From Candidatus Fervidifonticultor sextus (lineage in GTDB: Bacteria > Sysuimicrobiota > Sysuimicrobiia > Sysuimicrobiales > Humicultoraceae), in NCBI GenBank assembly GCA_031459875.1, contig JAVKHQ010000017.1, positions 1 through 64,000 of the forward strand: 64,000 nucleotides of DNA, in the 5' to 3' direction. The notes beneath the pieces were generated by a model. It saw only the letters and a program-made list of their open reading frames with translations. It made no database searches and had not been told where the DNA came from. Positions 8,531 to 18,209 of this stretch are shown in pieces. The position numbers and the translations under genes are program-made. Numbering within the stretch: position 1 is the stretch's first letter; the number at the start of each line of letters is the position of its first letter.

Positions 8531-9279
8531 CCGTGGACCTGGCCGGTCGGCGCGCCCTGGTGACCGGCGCCGGGCGGGGCATCGGACGGGCCATCGCCCG
8601 TCGGCTCGCCGCGTCGGGGGCCAGCGTCGTGGTCAACGACCCGCACGCGGACGATGCCGAGGCGGTCGTCGAGGCGATCCGGCACGCCGGCGGCCGGGCG
8701 GCTGCCTGGGCGGCCGACGTCTCCGACTATGACGCGGTGGTGCGGATGGTCGCTGCCGCGCAGCAGACCTTCGGCGGATTGGAGATCCTGGTCAACAACG
8801 CCGGGATCATCCGCCGGGGGACGCTGGAGACCATGAGCCTGGATGACTGGCACCGCGTCATCGCGGTCAACCTGACCGGGACCTTCTACTGCTGCAGGGC
8901 GGCGGTGCCTCTGCTGAAGGCGGCCGGAGGCGGCCGCATTATCAACATCGCCTCCATCGCCGGCAAGGCCGGTGATCTCACCTCGGCTCCCGGCTACGGT
9001 CCCTCCAAGGCCGGAATCATCGCCCTGACCAAGTCGCTGGCCCGCGCGCTGGCGCCGTGGGGGGTCACGGTCAACGCCGTGGCGCCCCATGCGGTCGAAA
9101 CCGAGATGAGCGCCCAGTGGTCTTTGGAGACCCGCGCGGCGGTACTCGCCGGGATCCCGCTGGGGCGGCTGTGCACCGAGGACGAGGTGGCCGCGGCGGT
9201 GCTCTTCCTGGCCTCACCGCTGGCGGGATTCATCACGGGCGAGACGCTGGACATCAATGGGGGAGCGTGGATGGATTGA
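8527..9279 (+). CDS. Short-chain dehydrogenase/reductase (FabG-like)
   Basis: TGAGRGIG, NNAG, YGPSK, NAVAP; TTG start overlaps the upstream TGA. Confidence 0.92.
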   Translation: MTVDLAGRRALVTGAGRGIGRAIARRLAASGASVVVNDPHADDAEAVVEAIRHAGGRAAAWAADVSDYDAVVRMVAAAQQTFGGLEILVNNAGIIRRGTLETMSLDDWHRVIAVNLTGTFYCCRAAVPLLKAAGGGRIINIASIAGKAGDLTSAPGYGPSKAGIIALTKSLARALAPWGVTVNAVAPHAVETEMSAQWSLETRAAVLAGIPLGRLCTEDEVAAAVLFLASPLAGFITGETLDINGGAWMD

Positions 9280-10376
9280 GGCCGGCCGGCGAGACCTCGC
9301 GGGGACCACTGCCGGGGGCGGCGGCCGCTCGCTTCGCGCCGCCAGCCCTCCACGCGTTCGTCGTCGGGGCCCTGGTGCAGTCCGGCGCCCGGACCGACGA
9401 CGCCCACCTGGTCGCCGACGGCCTCGTGGCCGCCGACCTGCGCGGGGTCCACACCCACGGCGTGGTCCGGACCGGGGTCTACGTCGCCCGTCTGAGGCGC
9501 GGATCGTACGACCCGCACGCCTCGCTCACCCCGCTGCGGGATCGCGGTCCAGTCGTGCTGGTCGACGCAGGTGCCGGGCTCGGGATCGCCATGGCCACGC
9601 GGGCCATGGACTTGGCCGCCGAGCGGGCGGGGCTCCACGGGGTCGGCATTGTCGGTGTGCGCAACAGCAGCCACTGCGGGATGCTGGCCCACCTGGCGCT
9701 GCGGGCGGTGCGGCAGGAGATGATTGGCATCGTCGTGAGCAACGCCGACGCCCAGGTGGCGCCCTGGGGCGCGCGCGCCAAGTTCCTGGGCACGAACCCG
9801 CTGGCCATCGCGGTGCCCGCCGGAGAGGAACCGCCGCTGGTGCTGGACATGGCCACCAGCGTAGTCCCGCACAGCCGGGTGCAGGCCGCGGCGGCGCGCG
9901 GCGAGGCGATTCCCGAAGGGTGGGCGCTGGACCGCCACGGCCGGCCGACGTCCGATCCCGCCGAGGCGCTGCGCGGGGCCCTGCTGCCGTTCGGCGGGCC
10001 GAAGGGTTCCGGCATCTCGCTGATGATCGATGTGCTGGCCGGGCTCCTCGTCGGGGCCCTCTCCGGGCCGGAGATCCCACCCCTGTATGAGCGCCTCGAC
10101 GAGGCGCAGCGCCTGGGGCACCTGCTGATGGCCCTGCCGGTCGAGTCGTTCGGGCCTGCCGACGCCTTCGCCCGTCGCGTCGATGCCCTCATCCGTCAGG
10201 TGCGCGCGTTGCCCCTGGCTGAAGGACACGAGCGTGTCTACCTGCCCGGCGAGATCGAGCACGAACGGATGGTCGACTACAGCGCCCGGGGCATCCCGCT
10301 GCCGCCCGAGGTCCGCGCCGAGATCGGGCGGCTGGCTGCCGACCTCGGGCTGCCCGCGCCGGAGGCGATGGGGTGA
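9276..10376 (+). CDS. Ldh_2 family (AllD/ComC/YiaK-like) 2-hydroxyacid dehydrogenase
   Basis: ADLRGVHTHG, NSSHCG, GTNPLAIA, DMATS, GGPKGSG, YLPGE. Confidence 0.92.
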   Translation: MRPAGETSRGPLPGAAAARFAPPALHAFVVGALVQSGARTDDAHLVADGLVAADLRGVHTHGVVRTGVYVARLRRGSYDPHASLTPLRDRGPVVLVDAGAGLGIAMATRAMDLAAERAGLHGVGIVGVRNSSHCGMLAHLALRAVRQEMIGIVVSNADAQVAPWGARAKFLGTNPLAIAVPAGEEPPLVLDMATSVVPHSRVQAAAARGEAIPEGWALDRHGRPTSDPAEALRGALLPFGGPKGSGISLMIDVLAGLLVGALSGPEIPPLYERLDEAQRLGHLLMALPVESFGPADAFARRVDALIRQVRALPLAEGHERVYLPGEIEHERMVDYSARGIPLPPEVRAEIGRLAADLGLPAPEAMG

Positions 10377-11167
10377 GCAGGAGCCCGCGGGGGGACGTGC
10401 AGTCCGTCGAGCGCGCCCTGTCGCTGCTCGTCGCCCTCGGCGAAGCCGGCCGCCCCTTAAGCGTCCGCGAACTCAGCGACCTGGTTTCGCTCCCTCGTCC
10501 GACGGTCTACCGCCTGCTCCAGACGCTGCAGCGTCACGGCGCCGCCAGCGCGACCGACGGCGGTTTCGTCGTCGGTCCCCGGATCCTGTGGCTGGCGGCC
10601 CAGCGGCTCGAGCACACCGAACTGCGCGCCGTCGGGCGACCCTTCCTGCTGGACCTGCGGGATCGGACCGGCGAGACGGTCCACCTGGCCGTCCTGGAGC
10701 AGGGGCAGGTCGTCTACGTGGACAAGGTGGAGTCGCCCGGCCCGATGCGCATGGCCTCGGCTGTGGGCAAGATCATGCCGGCGCACTGCACGGCGCTGGG
10801 CAAGGCCATGCTGGCCCACCTGCCTTCTGCGCAGGTGCGCGATATCCTGGCGCGGCGTGGGTTGCCGCGGCGGACCCCGCAGACCATCACCGACCCCGAC
10901 AGGCTGTTCGCGGAGCTGGATGCCGTCCGGGCGCGGGGCTACGCCATCGACAATGTCGAGAACGAGGAAGGGATCCGCTGCGTGGGAGCCGCCATTCTGG
11001 ATCACCAGGGCCGGGTGGCGGGCGCTGTCAGCCTCTCCGGTTCCGCGCGCAGCCTGACGCTGGATCGCATTCGCCGGGACCTCGGCCCTCGCGTCCGGGA
11101 GACCGCCGAGCGGGTCTCGCGGGCCATGGGGTGGCAGAACCCCTCGCCGCCCGGCGGTCGCCGATAG
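10373..11167 (+). CDS. IclR family transcriptional regulator
   Basis: VQSVERAL HTH, TGETVHL, HCTALGKAMLA, GIRCVGA. Confidence 0.94.
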   Translation: MSRSPRGDVQSVERALSLLVALGEAGRPLSVRELSDLVSLPRPTVYRLLQTLQRHGAASATDGGFVVGPRILWLAAQRLEHTELRAVGRPFLLDLRDRTGETVHLAVLEQGQVVYVDKVESPGPMRMASAVGKIMPAHCTALGKAMLAHLPSAQVRDILARRGLPRRTPQTITDPDRLFAELDAVRARGYAIDNVENEEGIRCVGAAILDHQGRVAGAVSLSGSARSLTLDRIRRDLGPRVRETAERVSRAMGWQNPSPPGGRR

Positions 11168-11212
11168 GCGCGGGGACGCCTCGCCACCTGCACCCCGCAA
11201 TGTGACAAATTT

Positions 11213-11980
11213 GTGACAGACGCGCCATACCTGTTGTTGGAGAGTGAGCGCGAGTGCATCGCGAGGGTCTCAACGCACGAGAACTTCGCCGATCCCGATC
11301 GGTTCGTGAACAACTTCATCCCTATGGTCGTGGACACCGGCCGGAACAAGGTGCTGGTCGACAGCGGGAATGGTCCGGGCGGTGTCGCGCGAGGTGTCGG
11401 CCGGATGGCCACCCACCTCCAACTCTTCGGGATCAGGCCTGACGAGATCGACACGATCTTCATCACGCACGGCCACGGCGACCACTACAGCGGGCTGACG
11501 ACGGCCGACCGCTCGCCAGCATTTCCGAACGCCCGGATCGTCATGGGCGAGGCGGAGTACAACTACTGGGCCACGCTGGCGAACGTCCCGGAGGGAGTGC
11601 GCACGAACCTGAGGACGCTGCGCAGCCGCATGACGCTCGTCGGGCCGAACTACGAGATCGTGCCGGGTGTGTCGACGGTCTTGACTCCGGGGCACACGGT
11701 CGGGCCCATGGCCGTCCTGGTGAGCTCCGGCGGCGCGTCGCTCATGCACTTCGGCGATGCAGGTGGGCACTATCTGCTGTCGTTCCGCTTCCCCGAGCAC
11801 TACCTGGGCTTCGACGCCGACAGGGAGCTCGTGGTGCGCACGCGCCGCGAAATGTTCGACCGCGCTGCCACCGACCGGCTCATGGTCGTTGGGTACCATT
11901 TTCCCTGGCCCGGTCTCGGTTACGTCCGACGCAAGGAGACGTACTTCGAATTCGTGCCTGCGCCGCTCGCGCTGTTCTAG
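11213..11980 (+). pseudogene. MBL-fold metallo-hydrolase, probably 5'-truncated
   Basis: LVDSG, THGHGDH, PGHT, YHFPWPG motifs; family-like sequence begins only at about ENFADPDRF and no SD is evident. Confidence 0.6.
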
Positions 11981-12001
11981 CCGTCGCGCGCAGACGTCAT
12001 G

Positions 12002-12032
12002 ACGGGTGCCCTCTGACTGAGAGGGCACCCGT
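12002..12032 (+). terminator. Perfect 13-bp GC-rich stem-loop after the MBL gene
   Basis: ACGGGTGCCCTCT-gactg-AGAGGGCACCCGT; no U-tract. Confidence 0.55.
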
Positions 12033-12226
12033 GCGTGATGGCCGTCTCCCGGGTCCTCGGAGAGTTCCGCCGAGCAGGAGTCCGCAGTTCTCCGGCAGCC
12101 CTATCGCGCGATTGGGAAGGAGACCTCGTTGGCCTGGGGGCCCAAGCTCCCTCCGAGCGGATGACGCGGGCCATGGGGTGGCATGGTCCTGCCCCGTAAC
12201 CCGCCTGGGAGTCGGCTAGAAAAAAG

Positions 12227-13383
12227 TGTCCTGTTTGGACGTAGTGTTTGCACTGGAGGCTTGGCCTTTGACGAGAACAGGAGGTCCATCGCCTAGGCTC
12301 CAACCGAGGTTTGGGGACGCACCGAACCTTGGGAGGGGATGGGCAGATACCCTCGAGGACAGGGTACTGCGTCACCGGTGCGCGGTCATCCGGCGGGCAG
12401 CGGCGCTGGGCAACGTGAGCCAGGCGTGCCGGGAGTTCGGCATCTCGCGGACCCTCTTCTACCGCTGGCCCAGGCGACTGGTGCGCTACGGCCCCGAGGG
12501 GCTGCGGCCCCGGCCAGTCCGCCCGACCCGCTGGCCGCGGCAGGCTGCGCCCGCTCTGGAGCACGCGGTCCTGGCCTATGCGCTGCTGTGGCCCACGCAT
12601 GGGCCGGCCCGGATCGCGGCACACCTGTGGCAGCCCCGCTGGGGCGGCTGGCGGGTCAGCGCCTCGGGCGTCTACAGCATCTTGCGCCGGCAGGGCCTGC
12701 AGACCCGGTGGGAGCGCCTGACGCGGCTGGAAGCCCACAGCGCCGCGGCGGTCGGCCTGGTCACCGAGCGCACCCGTCCCCGGCTGGCCCGGGCGCACCT
12801 CGAGGCGTAGCGCCCGGGCGATCTGGTGTCGCTGGATGCCTTCTACATCGGGAAACTCAAGGGCGTGGGGAAGGTCTGGCAGCTCACGGCCTGCGATGCC
12901 GCCTGCTCGTATGCCTTGGCCGTCGTAGTGCTGCGGGTCACGGTCCAGGGCACGATCCGGTTCCTCCGGGAGCACGTCGTGCCGGCCTACCGGCGGGCGG
13001 GCCATCCCATCGAGGCCGTGCTGACCGATGGCGGCCCCGAGTGGTCGCCTGCCTTCACCCGCGCCTGCCGGGCCCTGGGGATTCAGCATCGTCGCACCAC
13101 ACCCCGTCATGCCTGGACCAACGGGCTTGTCGAACGGCTGCAGGGCACGATCCTCACCGAGCTGTGGCGCGTGGCCTTCCGGCGCACCTACTACACCAGC
13201 CTGGACCAGCTCGACCGGGATCTGGTAGGCCTACCTGCGCTTCTACAGCTGCGAGCGCCCGCATCAGGGCTACTGCCTCAAGGGGCGCACGCCGGCATCC
13301 GTGTTTCTCGGCCGGTCAGCTGCGTGAGTCATGATGGACTCGGTTGGAGCGACAAGATGCAAACACCTGGTCCGTACTGGACA
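12227..13383 (+). mobile_element. IS481-family insertion sequence (inactivated)
   Basis: TGT...ACA ends with imperfect 26-bp IRs (20/26): TGTCCTGTTTGGACGTAGTGTTTGCA vs TGTCCAGTACGGACCAGGTGTTTGCA; internal HTH plus DDE transposase. Confidence 0.85.
12346..13327 (+). pseudogene. IS481 DDE transposase pseudogene
   Basis: GNVSQACREFGISRTLFYRW, PGDLVSLD, LTDGGPE, TNGLVER; start codon lost, in-frame TAG at 12808-12810, frameshift near 13225 before YLRFY...ERPHQG. Confidence 0.85.
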
Positions 13384-13384
13384 G

Positions 13385-13855
13385 GCCGAGTTCGCCGCGG
13401 AGCAGTGCGGCCGTCATCACGCCACGTTGGCCTCCCGCCGGAAGTTCGGAGGCGATATTTTTATACTTCGCGGTGGCCGCGCCACGCCTGGGAGCTTCGG
13501 TGGGATATGTCGCGCGCGTATGCGATGACGCGTTCGGCAGGCGTTTCTGGACCTCTGGCGGCGTGAAGGCCTGGGCGTCTCCCAGGCTAAGTCGGACGTC
13601 GGCGGCTGCACCGGCATCCACTTCATCGCGCTGTGTGAGGGGATTGGCCACGAGTTCGCCTACTGTCGAGATGGATCGGCCGCTTCAGGAATCTTACCGA
13701 CGGATGTGGATCCGACAACCTGCGGGCGGCCCGGTTTTTCACGTAGGCGAGGACTTACTAGCGATCTCTTGAGTCGTGCCGCGCCGCCGCAGGCGGCACC
13801 ATCACGGCAGCAAGGCGTATGGCGTGGTGGTGAGTTGTGACCTCTGACGGCCGAG
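13385..13855 (+). pseudogene. PfkB/KdgK-like sugar kinase remnant
   Basis: Frameshifted fragments AEFAA...FGGD, FAVAAPRLGASVGYVARVCDDAFG, TGIHFI, HEFAYCRDGSAAS, VFHVG..LAIS*, GVVVSCDL*RP. Confidence 0.75.
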
Positions 13856-14044
13856 AGTCTGCGACGGTGAAGACTGTCCCGACCAGGGCGCGGGTTGGGG
13901 CATTCATGGTGATCAGCCGAACCGTTCTGATTTCCCGGATGTAGTCCGCCAGCCGCATCTTGTCGTTGCGGCCGGGCGTTGGCTCTCCAGACGCCGAGAC
14001 CCGCGTCCACGACCGGGGGACTTGCTGAACAAGCCCGGATTTTC

Positions 14045-14109
14045 TTGACACGCGCGCTCGGTGTGCCTATCGTATTTTTAGACAAAACGCTTGTTTTACT
14101 GAATGAAAC
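14045..14109 (+). promoter_or_regulatory. sigma70-type promoter TTGACA-N17-TATCGT with downstream palindrome GTTTTACTGAATGAAAC (candidate IclR site)
   Basis: Exact -35 at 14045 with 17-nt spacer; AT-rich GTTT-N9-AAAC palindrome 14093-14109 over the IclR start. Confidence 0.65.
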
Positions 14110-14981
14110 CAAACGAGACTCCAGAGCATTATGCTCTCGACCGGTACACGGTCCGTGTGGTGGATCGCGCCCTCGAAGTTCTCGAGCTACTGAGGGACGC
14201 GGGAAGGCCGCTGGCACTTCATGAGATCAGCAACCGCCTGGGAATAGTGAAAAGTTCCGGTTTTCGGCTCCTCTGCACCCTGGAGCGTCGGGGCTACGTC
14301 GAAAGGGCGGACAGCAACGGTGGATACCGACTCGGCGCCAGATTGCTCAGCTATCGTGATGCCAGCATGACCCACCGGCCCCTTACCGAGGTTGCCCTTC
14401 CTCACATGCATCGGCTCCACGAGGCGTTTGGTGAGACCATCAACCTGGGTGTGCTGCGTGATGGAGAAGTCCTCTATCTGGAGATGCTGGAAAGCCCGCA
14501 CTCGTTCAGGATGGCCGCCCGAATCGGGACACGGTCCCCAATGCACTCAACCGCTCTTGGGAAGGCCATAGCAGCATACCTGCCCGCTGAGGAAGTCGAG
14601 GCCATCATCCGGGTCCGGGGTCTGCCGGCTCTTACACCGCGCACGATCACCTCACCGGCCGGCTTCAGGCGTGAGCTTGCAAGGATCAAGGCCAGAGGAT
14701 ACTCAGAGGACAACGGTGAGACCGAACCCGAAGCCAGCTGCCTGGGCGCACCCATTTTCGGCGCGAGCGGAGAGGTGGTGGGCGCCATCAGTCTGTCCGG
14801 ACCCACCAGCCGCGTGCGGCCAATCAAGGCGAAGGCTGCCAGGGCGCTGGTTGAGGCCTGCGCGGCGATCTCCCGGGGGATGGGCTTTGGGGTTTTGATG
14901 GCAGGATCGGCGCAGGAAACGGGAACCTTGAGGTCGGCGACAATGGCCGGGCGTCGCGCCGCGGCAAAGACCAGGAGGTGA
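14103..14981 (+). CDS. IclR family transcriptional regulator
   Basis: VRVVDRALEVL, FGETINLG, HSTALGKA, ASCLGAPI. Confidence 0.93.
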   Translation: MKPNETPEHYALDRYTVRVVDRALEVLELLRDAGRPLALHEISNRLGIVKSSGFRLLCTLERRGYVERADSNGGYRLGARLLSYRDASMTHRPLTEVALPHMHRLHEAFGETINLGVLRDGEVLYLEMLESPHSFRMAARIGTRSPMHSTALGKAIAAYLPAEEVEAIIRVRGLPALTPRTITSPAGFRRELARIKARGYSEDNGETEPEASCLGAPIFGASGEVVGAISLSGPTSRVRPIKAKAARALVEACAAISRGMGFGVLMAGSAQETGTLRSATMAGRRAAAKTRR

Positions 14982-15047
14982 GAGTCTCCAAGGACAACGG
15001 TGCGCGGAGTTGAGGTGAAGGCGTGCATCCGATGAGGGGGGATAGGA

Positions 15048-16352
15048 ATGAAGAAACTGATGTTGGCATTGCTCGTCGTCGCGGTCATGATGGCGGCAAC
15101 GTACGGTGCCCAGGCCGCGCCCAGGGTCGCCCTCACATTTACAGTCTGGACCTTCGCTGTCGACACCATCAAGGACAACATCCGACGGTTCCAACAGGTC
15201 TACCCCAACATCGATGTAAAGCTTGTCGACTACGGGTGGGGTCAGTACAACGACACGATTGTTGCCAACATGGTGAGCGGCTCCGACGTGCCGGACATCC
15301 TCTACAGCAGCGACCACTGGCTGCAGCAGTGGGCGGCCGCGGGATGGATTGTGCCACTGGAGGACCACTTCCCGCATGTCAAGGACATGGCTAAGACTTT
15401 CTCCCAGTACGCAGTGGATGGCATGACCTACAACAAGAAGCTCTACGGGCTACCGTACTACGCTGACCCAATGGGGTTCTTCTACAATGAGCGGATCCTG
15501 AAGCAGGCGGGGTTCGGCCGAGCACCCGCTACCTGGGAGGAGCTGCTCCAGCAGGCCAAGGTCATCAAGGACAGAGGTCTGGTCAGGTTCCCGATAGGGT
15601 TCGGCTTCTCGCAGCAGGAGCCGTTTTCCATCGAGGTCTTCATCTCGATGGTCTACTCGTTGGGCGGGGATCTCTTCGATAACCTGCTGAACCCGCAGTT
15701 CGACCGGCCAGGTGGAGCGACGATCAAGGTAATCGAGTGGGTACGGGATGCGCTGAAGGCAGGGGTGCTCAACCCCGAGTCGCTGCAGTGGGACGGGGTA
15801 CAGTCGGCGAGCGCCATGCGAGCCGGCACGCAGGTCTACACCGTAGCCCGGGCTTCAGCCCTTTGGGGATACAACGACCCGAAACAGTCAAAGGACGCCG
15901 GCCACTTCAGGCTGGCGTTGATGCCTGGCACGACGCGTGACACAGTTGGGTTCGTGCGGTTCTACGCCATGTCTAGCCAGGTTCCGAGGCGTGGTCCGGA
16001 TGCCCTCGATGCAGCCTGGAAGTTCCTGAATTATTTCGGCGGCCCCGGGCCGGATAACTCCTACCCGGTGGTCAGAAGGTGGGCGATTGACTTCGGTCTT
16101 GGGTTCGCGCAGATGCCGCTGTATAAGGACAGGGACATCATCCAGAGCTTCAGCAAGTGGGTAGACGTTCAGCTCCTGCAGTATATTGGCCAGCGCCACG
16201 CGCGGGTCAAGCAGGGCCTTACCCCCTGGTTTGCGCAGTGGGACGTCTTCTCAAGGGCGGAGCTGCAAAAGGCGTACCTGGGCCAGCAGACACCTGAGCA
16301 GACGGTCAGGAATATGGCCCAGAAATGGAATGAGTTGAGGGGACGCAGGTAA
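15048..16352 (+). CDS. Carbohydrate-type ABC substrate-binding protein
   Basis: MKKL signal peptide, PDILY, LYGLPY...FFYN...P.TWEEL. Confidence 0.9.
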   Translation: MKKLMLALLVVAVMMAATYGAQAAPRVALTFTVWTFAVDTIKDNIRRFQQVYPNIDVKLVDYGWGQYNDTIVANMVSGSDVPDILYSSDHWLQQWAAAGWIVPLEDHFPHVKDMAKTFSQYAVDGMTYNKKLYGLPYYADPMGFFYNERILKQAGFGRAPATWEELLQQAKVIKDRGLVRFPIGFGFSQQEPFSIEVFISMVYSLGGDLFDNLLNPQFDRPGGATIKVIEWVRDALKAGVLNPESLQWDGVQSASAMRAGTQVYTVARASALWGYNDPKQSKDAGHFRLALMPGTTRDTVGFVRFYAMSSQVPRRGPDALDAAWKFLNYFGGPGPDNSYPVVRRWAIDFGLGFAQMPLYKDRDIIQSFSKWVDVQLLQYIGQRHARVKQGLTPWFAQWDVFSRAELQKAYLGQQTPEQTVRNMAQKWNELRGRR

Positions 16353-16371
16353 CCGCCCGTCGCAAAATACC

Positions 16372-17319
16372 ATGACCGCCGCTCGTGATACGGGGTCGCC
16401 GGCAGCGGTGTGCCTGGGCCGGGCAGCGCCCCGGCCCAGGCGGCCTCTCCAGCTCTACCCGTACCTATCCATTCTGCCGGCGCTCCTGGTGATTGCGCTG
16501 GTTAACGTCTATCCCCTGCTTTACGCACTTGATCTGAGCCTACATCGGAATGTTTTAACAGATCCCCTCAACCATCCGTTCGTTGGCCTTCGGAACTTCA
16601 CCGAGACCTTCGGCAGCTACTATTTCGTACGGTCGCTGCACACCACACTTCGGCTTACCGGTTTCATCATTGCTGGGACGATTCTATACGGTATCCTGGT
16701 GGGCCTCTACCTAAACCGTCCCGGTCGACTTCCGGCCTGCCTGCGAGTGGCAATCCTGTTGCCGTGGGCGATCCCTACGGTGATGGCCGGCATCATCTGG
16801 CGGTGGCTGTTCAATGGCAACTACGGCGCAATCAACGCCATGCTGGTCGGTGTTGGCATCATCCCTGAGTACGTATCATGGCTGGGCAGCCCGGTGTTGG
16901 CCCCGCTGACGCTGGTGGTCACGCACGTCTGGAAGTGGGGCCCGCTGGCGGCCATCATGTGCTTGGCGACCCTTCAGGTGATTCCAAAAGAGCTGTACGA
17001 GGCTACCTACATTGACGGCGGCGGTGCCTGGGCCGCGTTTCGGTACATCACCCTTCCGTTCCTCCGGCCGACTCTGATGCTGTTGCTCATCTTGGAGACG
17101 ATCATGGGCCTCGTGACCTTTGATCTGATCTACGTGCTCACGGGCGGCGGCCCTGCGGATGCGACGATGATGCTGGCGTGGTATGCCTACGCCGAGATCT
17201 TCCGGTTCCTGAACCTCGGCAAGGGGGCAGCCATGGCATTTGTGATCGGCGCCTTGACCCTCGTGCTGGCCCTGGTGTACATACGGCTGCTCCGAACCGA
17301 GGAAGCATACACAATATGA
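16372..17319 (+). CDS. Carbohydrate ABC permease (MalF-like)
   Basis: IPKELYEATYIDG, LTGGGP. Confidence 0.92.
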   Translation: MTAARDTGSPAAVCLGRAAPRPRRPLQLYPYLSILPALLVIALVNVYPLLYALDLSLHRNVLTDPLNHPFVGLRNFTETFGSYYFVRSLHTTLRLTGFIIAGTILYGILVGLYLNRPGRLPACLRVAILLPWAIPTVMAGIIWRWLFNGNYGAINAMLVGVGIIPEYVSWLGSPVLAPLTLVVTHVWKWGPLAAIMCLATLQVIPKELYEATYIDGGGAWAAFRYITLPFLRPTLMLLLILETIMGLVTFDLIYVLTGGGPADATMMLAWYAYAEIFRFLNLGKGAAMAFVIGALTLVLALVYIRLLRTEEAYTI

Positions 17320-18209
17320 AGGCTAACTCACCCCGACTGCCGATGCGCGTGGGGCTGTTGCTGGCCGGGCTGGCCATTGCCATCTTCGTACTGGGCCCCA
17401 TCGTGTGGTTTCTCGATTCGAGCTTCCAGTACGATTGGGAGCTGTTCACCGTCCCGCCACGCTTCATTCCCACGCAGCCGACTCTGGACAACTACCGGTA
17501 CATCATCACACGTGTGCCGCCGCCAAGCTATGCTGGTGGCGTCATGGGTCGGCGCGCCAGTGGGGAGGCCCTTAGCATCATACCGGCACTGCAGAACTCA
17601 TTCATTGTTGCCACCAGCGTAATGGTCTTGAACCTATTGTTTAGCACCTTGGCTGCATATACATATGCGCGACTTCGCTTCAGGGGTCGCGATCTGACCT
17701 ATGGATTTATCCTTACAAGCAGGTTGATACCGGCCATCTCCGTCGCCATTCCGCTATTCGTACTGATCCAGCGGCTGGGACTGCTGGACACTAAAGCCTC
17801 CCTCGTACTGGTCTATGTGTCCTTCACCCTTCCGTTTACCATGTGGTTTCTGATGAAGTACTTCGCATATCTACCCCCCGAGGTGGAGGAAGCGGCACTG
17901 ATCGATGGGTGCACGCGCTTCGGTGCGCTCGGACGCGTCGTGGTTCCCATGGCCGCTCCCGGGTTGGCAGCCGCGGCGGCCTTTGCCTTCATGGGAGCGT
18001 ACAGCGAGTTTCTCTACGCTCTGTTCCTGACACGAACAATGACGTCAAAGACGGCGCCAGTCGTGCTGGTGGCGACGGCAATCAACCATGACGTTAGCTT
18101 CGCGCTCTCGTTCGCGGCGCTGGTACTGTCCATAATCCCACCGGTGCTCTTCGCGCTGGTTTTCCGGTCGTTCATAACCAGGGGGTTCGTAGGTGCGCTT
18201 GGACGTTAA
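17316..18209 (+). CDS. Carbohydrate ABC permease (MalG-like)
   Basis: EVEEAALIDGCT; ATGA overlap start at 17316. Confidence 0.92.
   Translation: MKANSPRLPMRVGLLLAGLAIAIFVLGPIVWFLDSSFQYDWELFTVPPRFIPTQPTLDNYRYIITRVPPPSYAGGVMGRRASGEALSIIPALQNSFIVATSVMVLNLLFSTLAAYTYARLRFRGRDLTYGFILTSRLIPAISVAIPLFVLIQRLGLLDTKASLVLVYVSFTLPFTMWFLMKYFAYLPPEVEEAALIDGCTRFGALGRVVVPMAAPGLAAAAAFAFMGAYSEFLYALFLTRTMTSKTAPVVLVATAINHDVSFALSFAALVLSIIPPVLFALVFRSFITRGFVGALGR

Noticed and set aside
12808..12810. Pyrrolysine or programmed readthrough at the in-frame TAG
   Set aside because: The same gene has lost its start and carries a frameshift; simple decay explains it
13758..14051. Minus-strand 97-aa ORF with protein-like stretch RLADYIREIRTVRLITMN
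   Set aside because: No recognisable family; overlaps the kdgK remnant and promoter; may be another gene relic but I cannot support it
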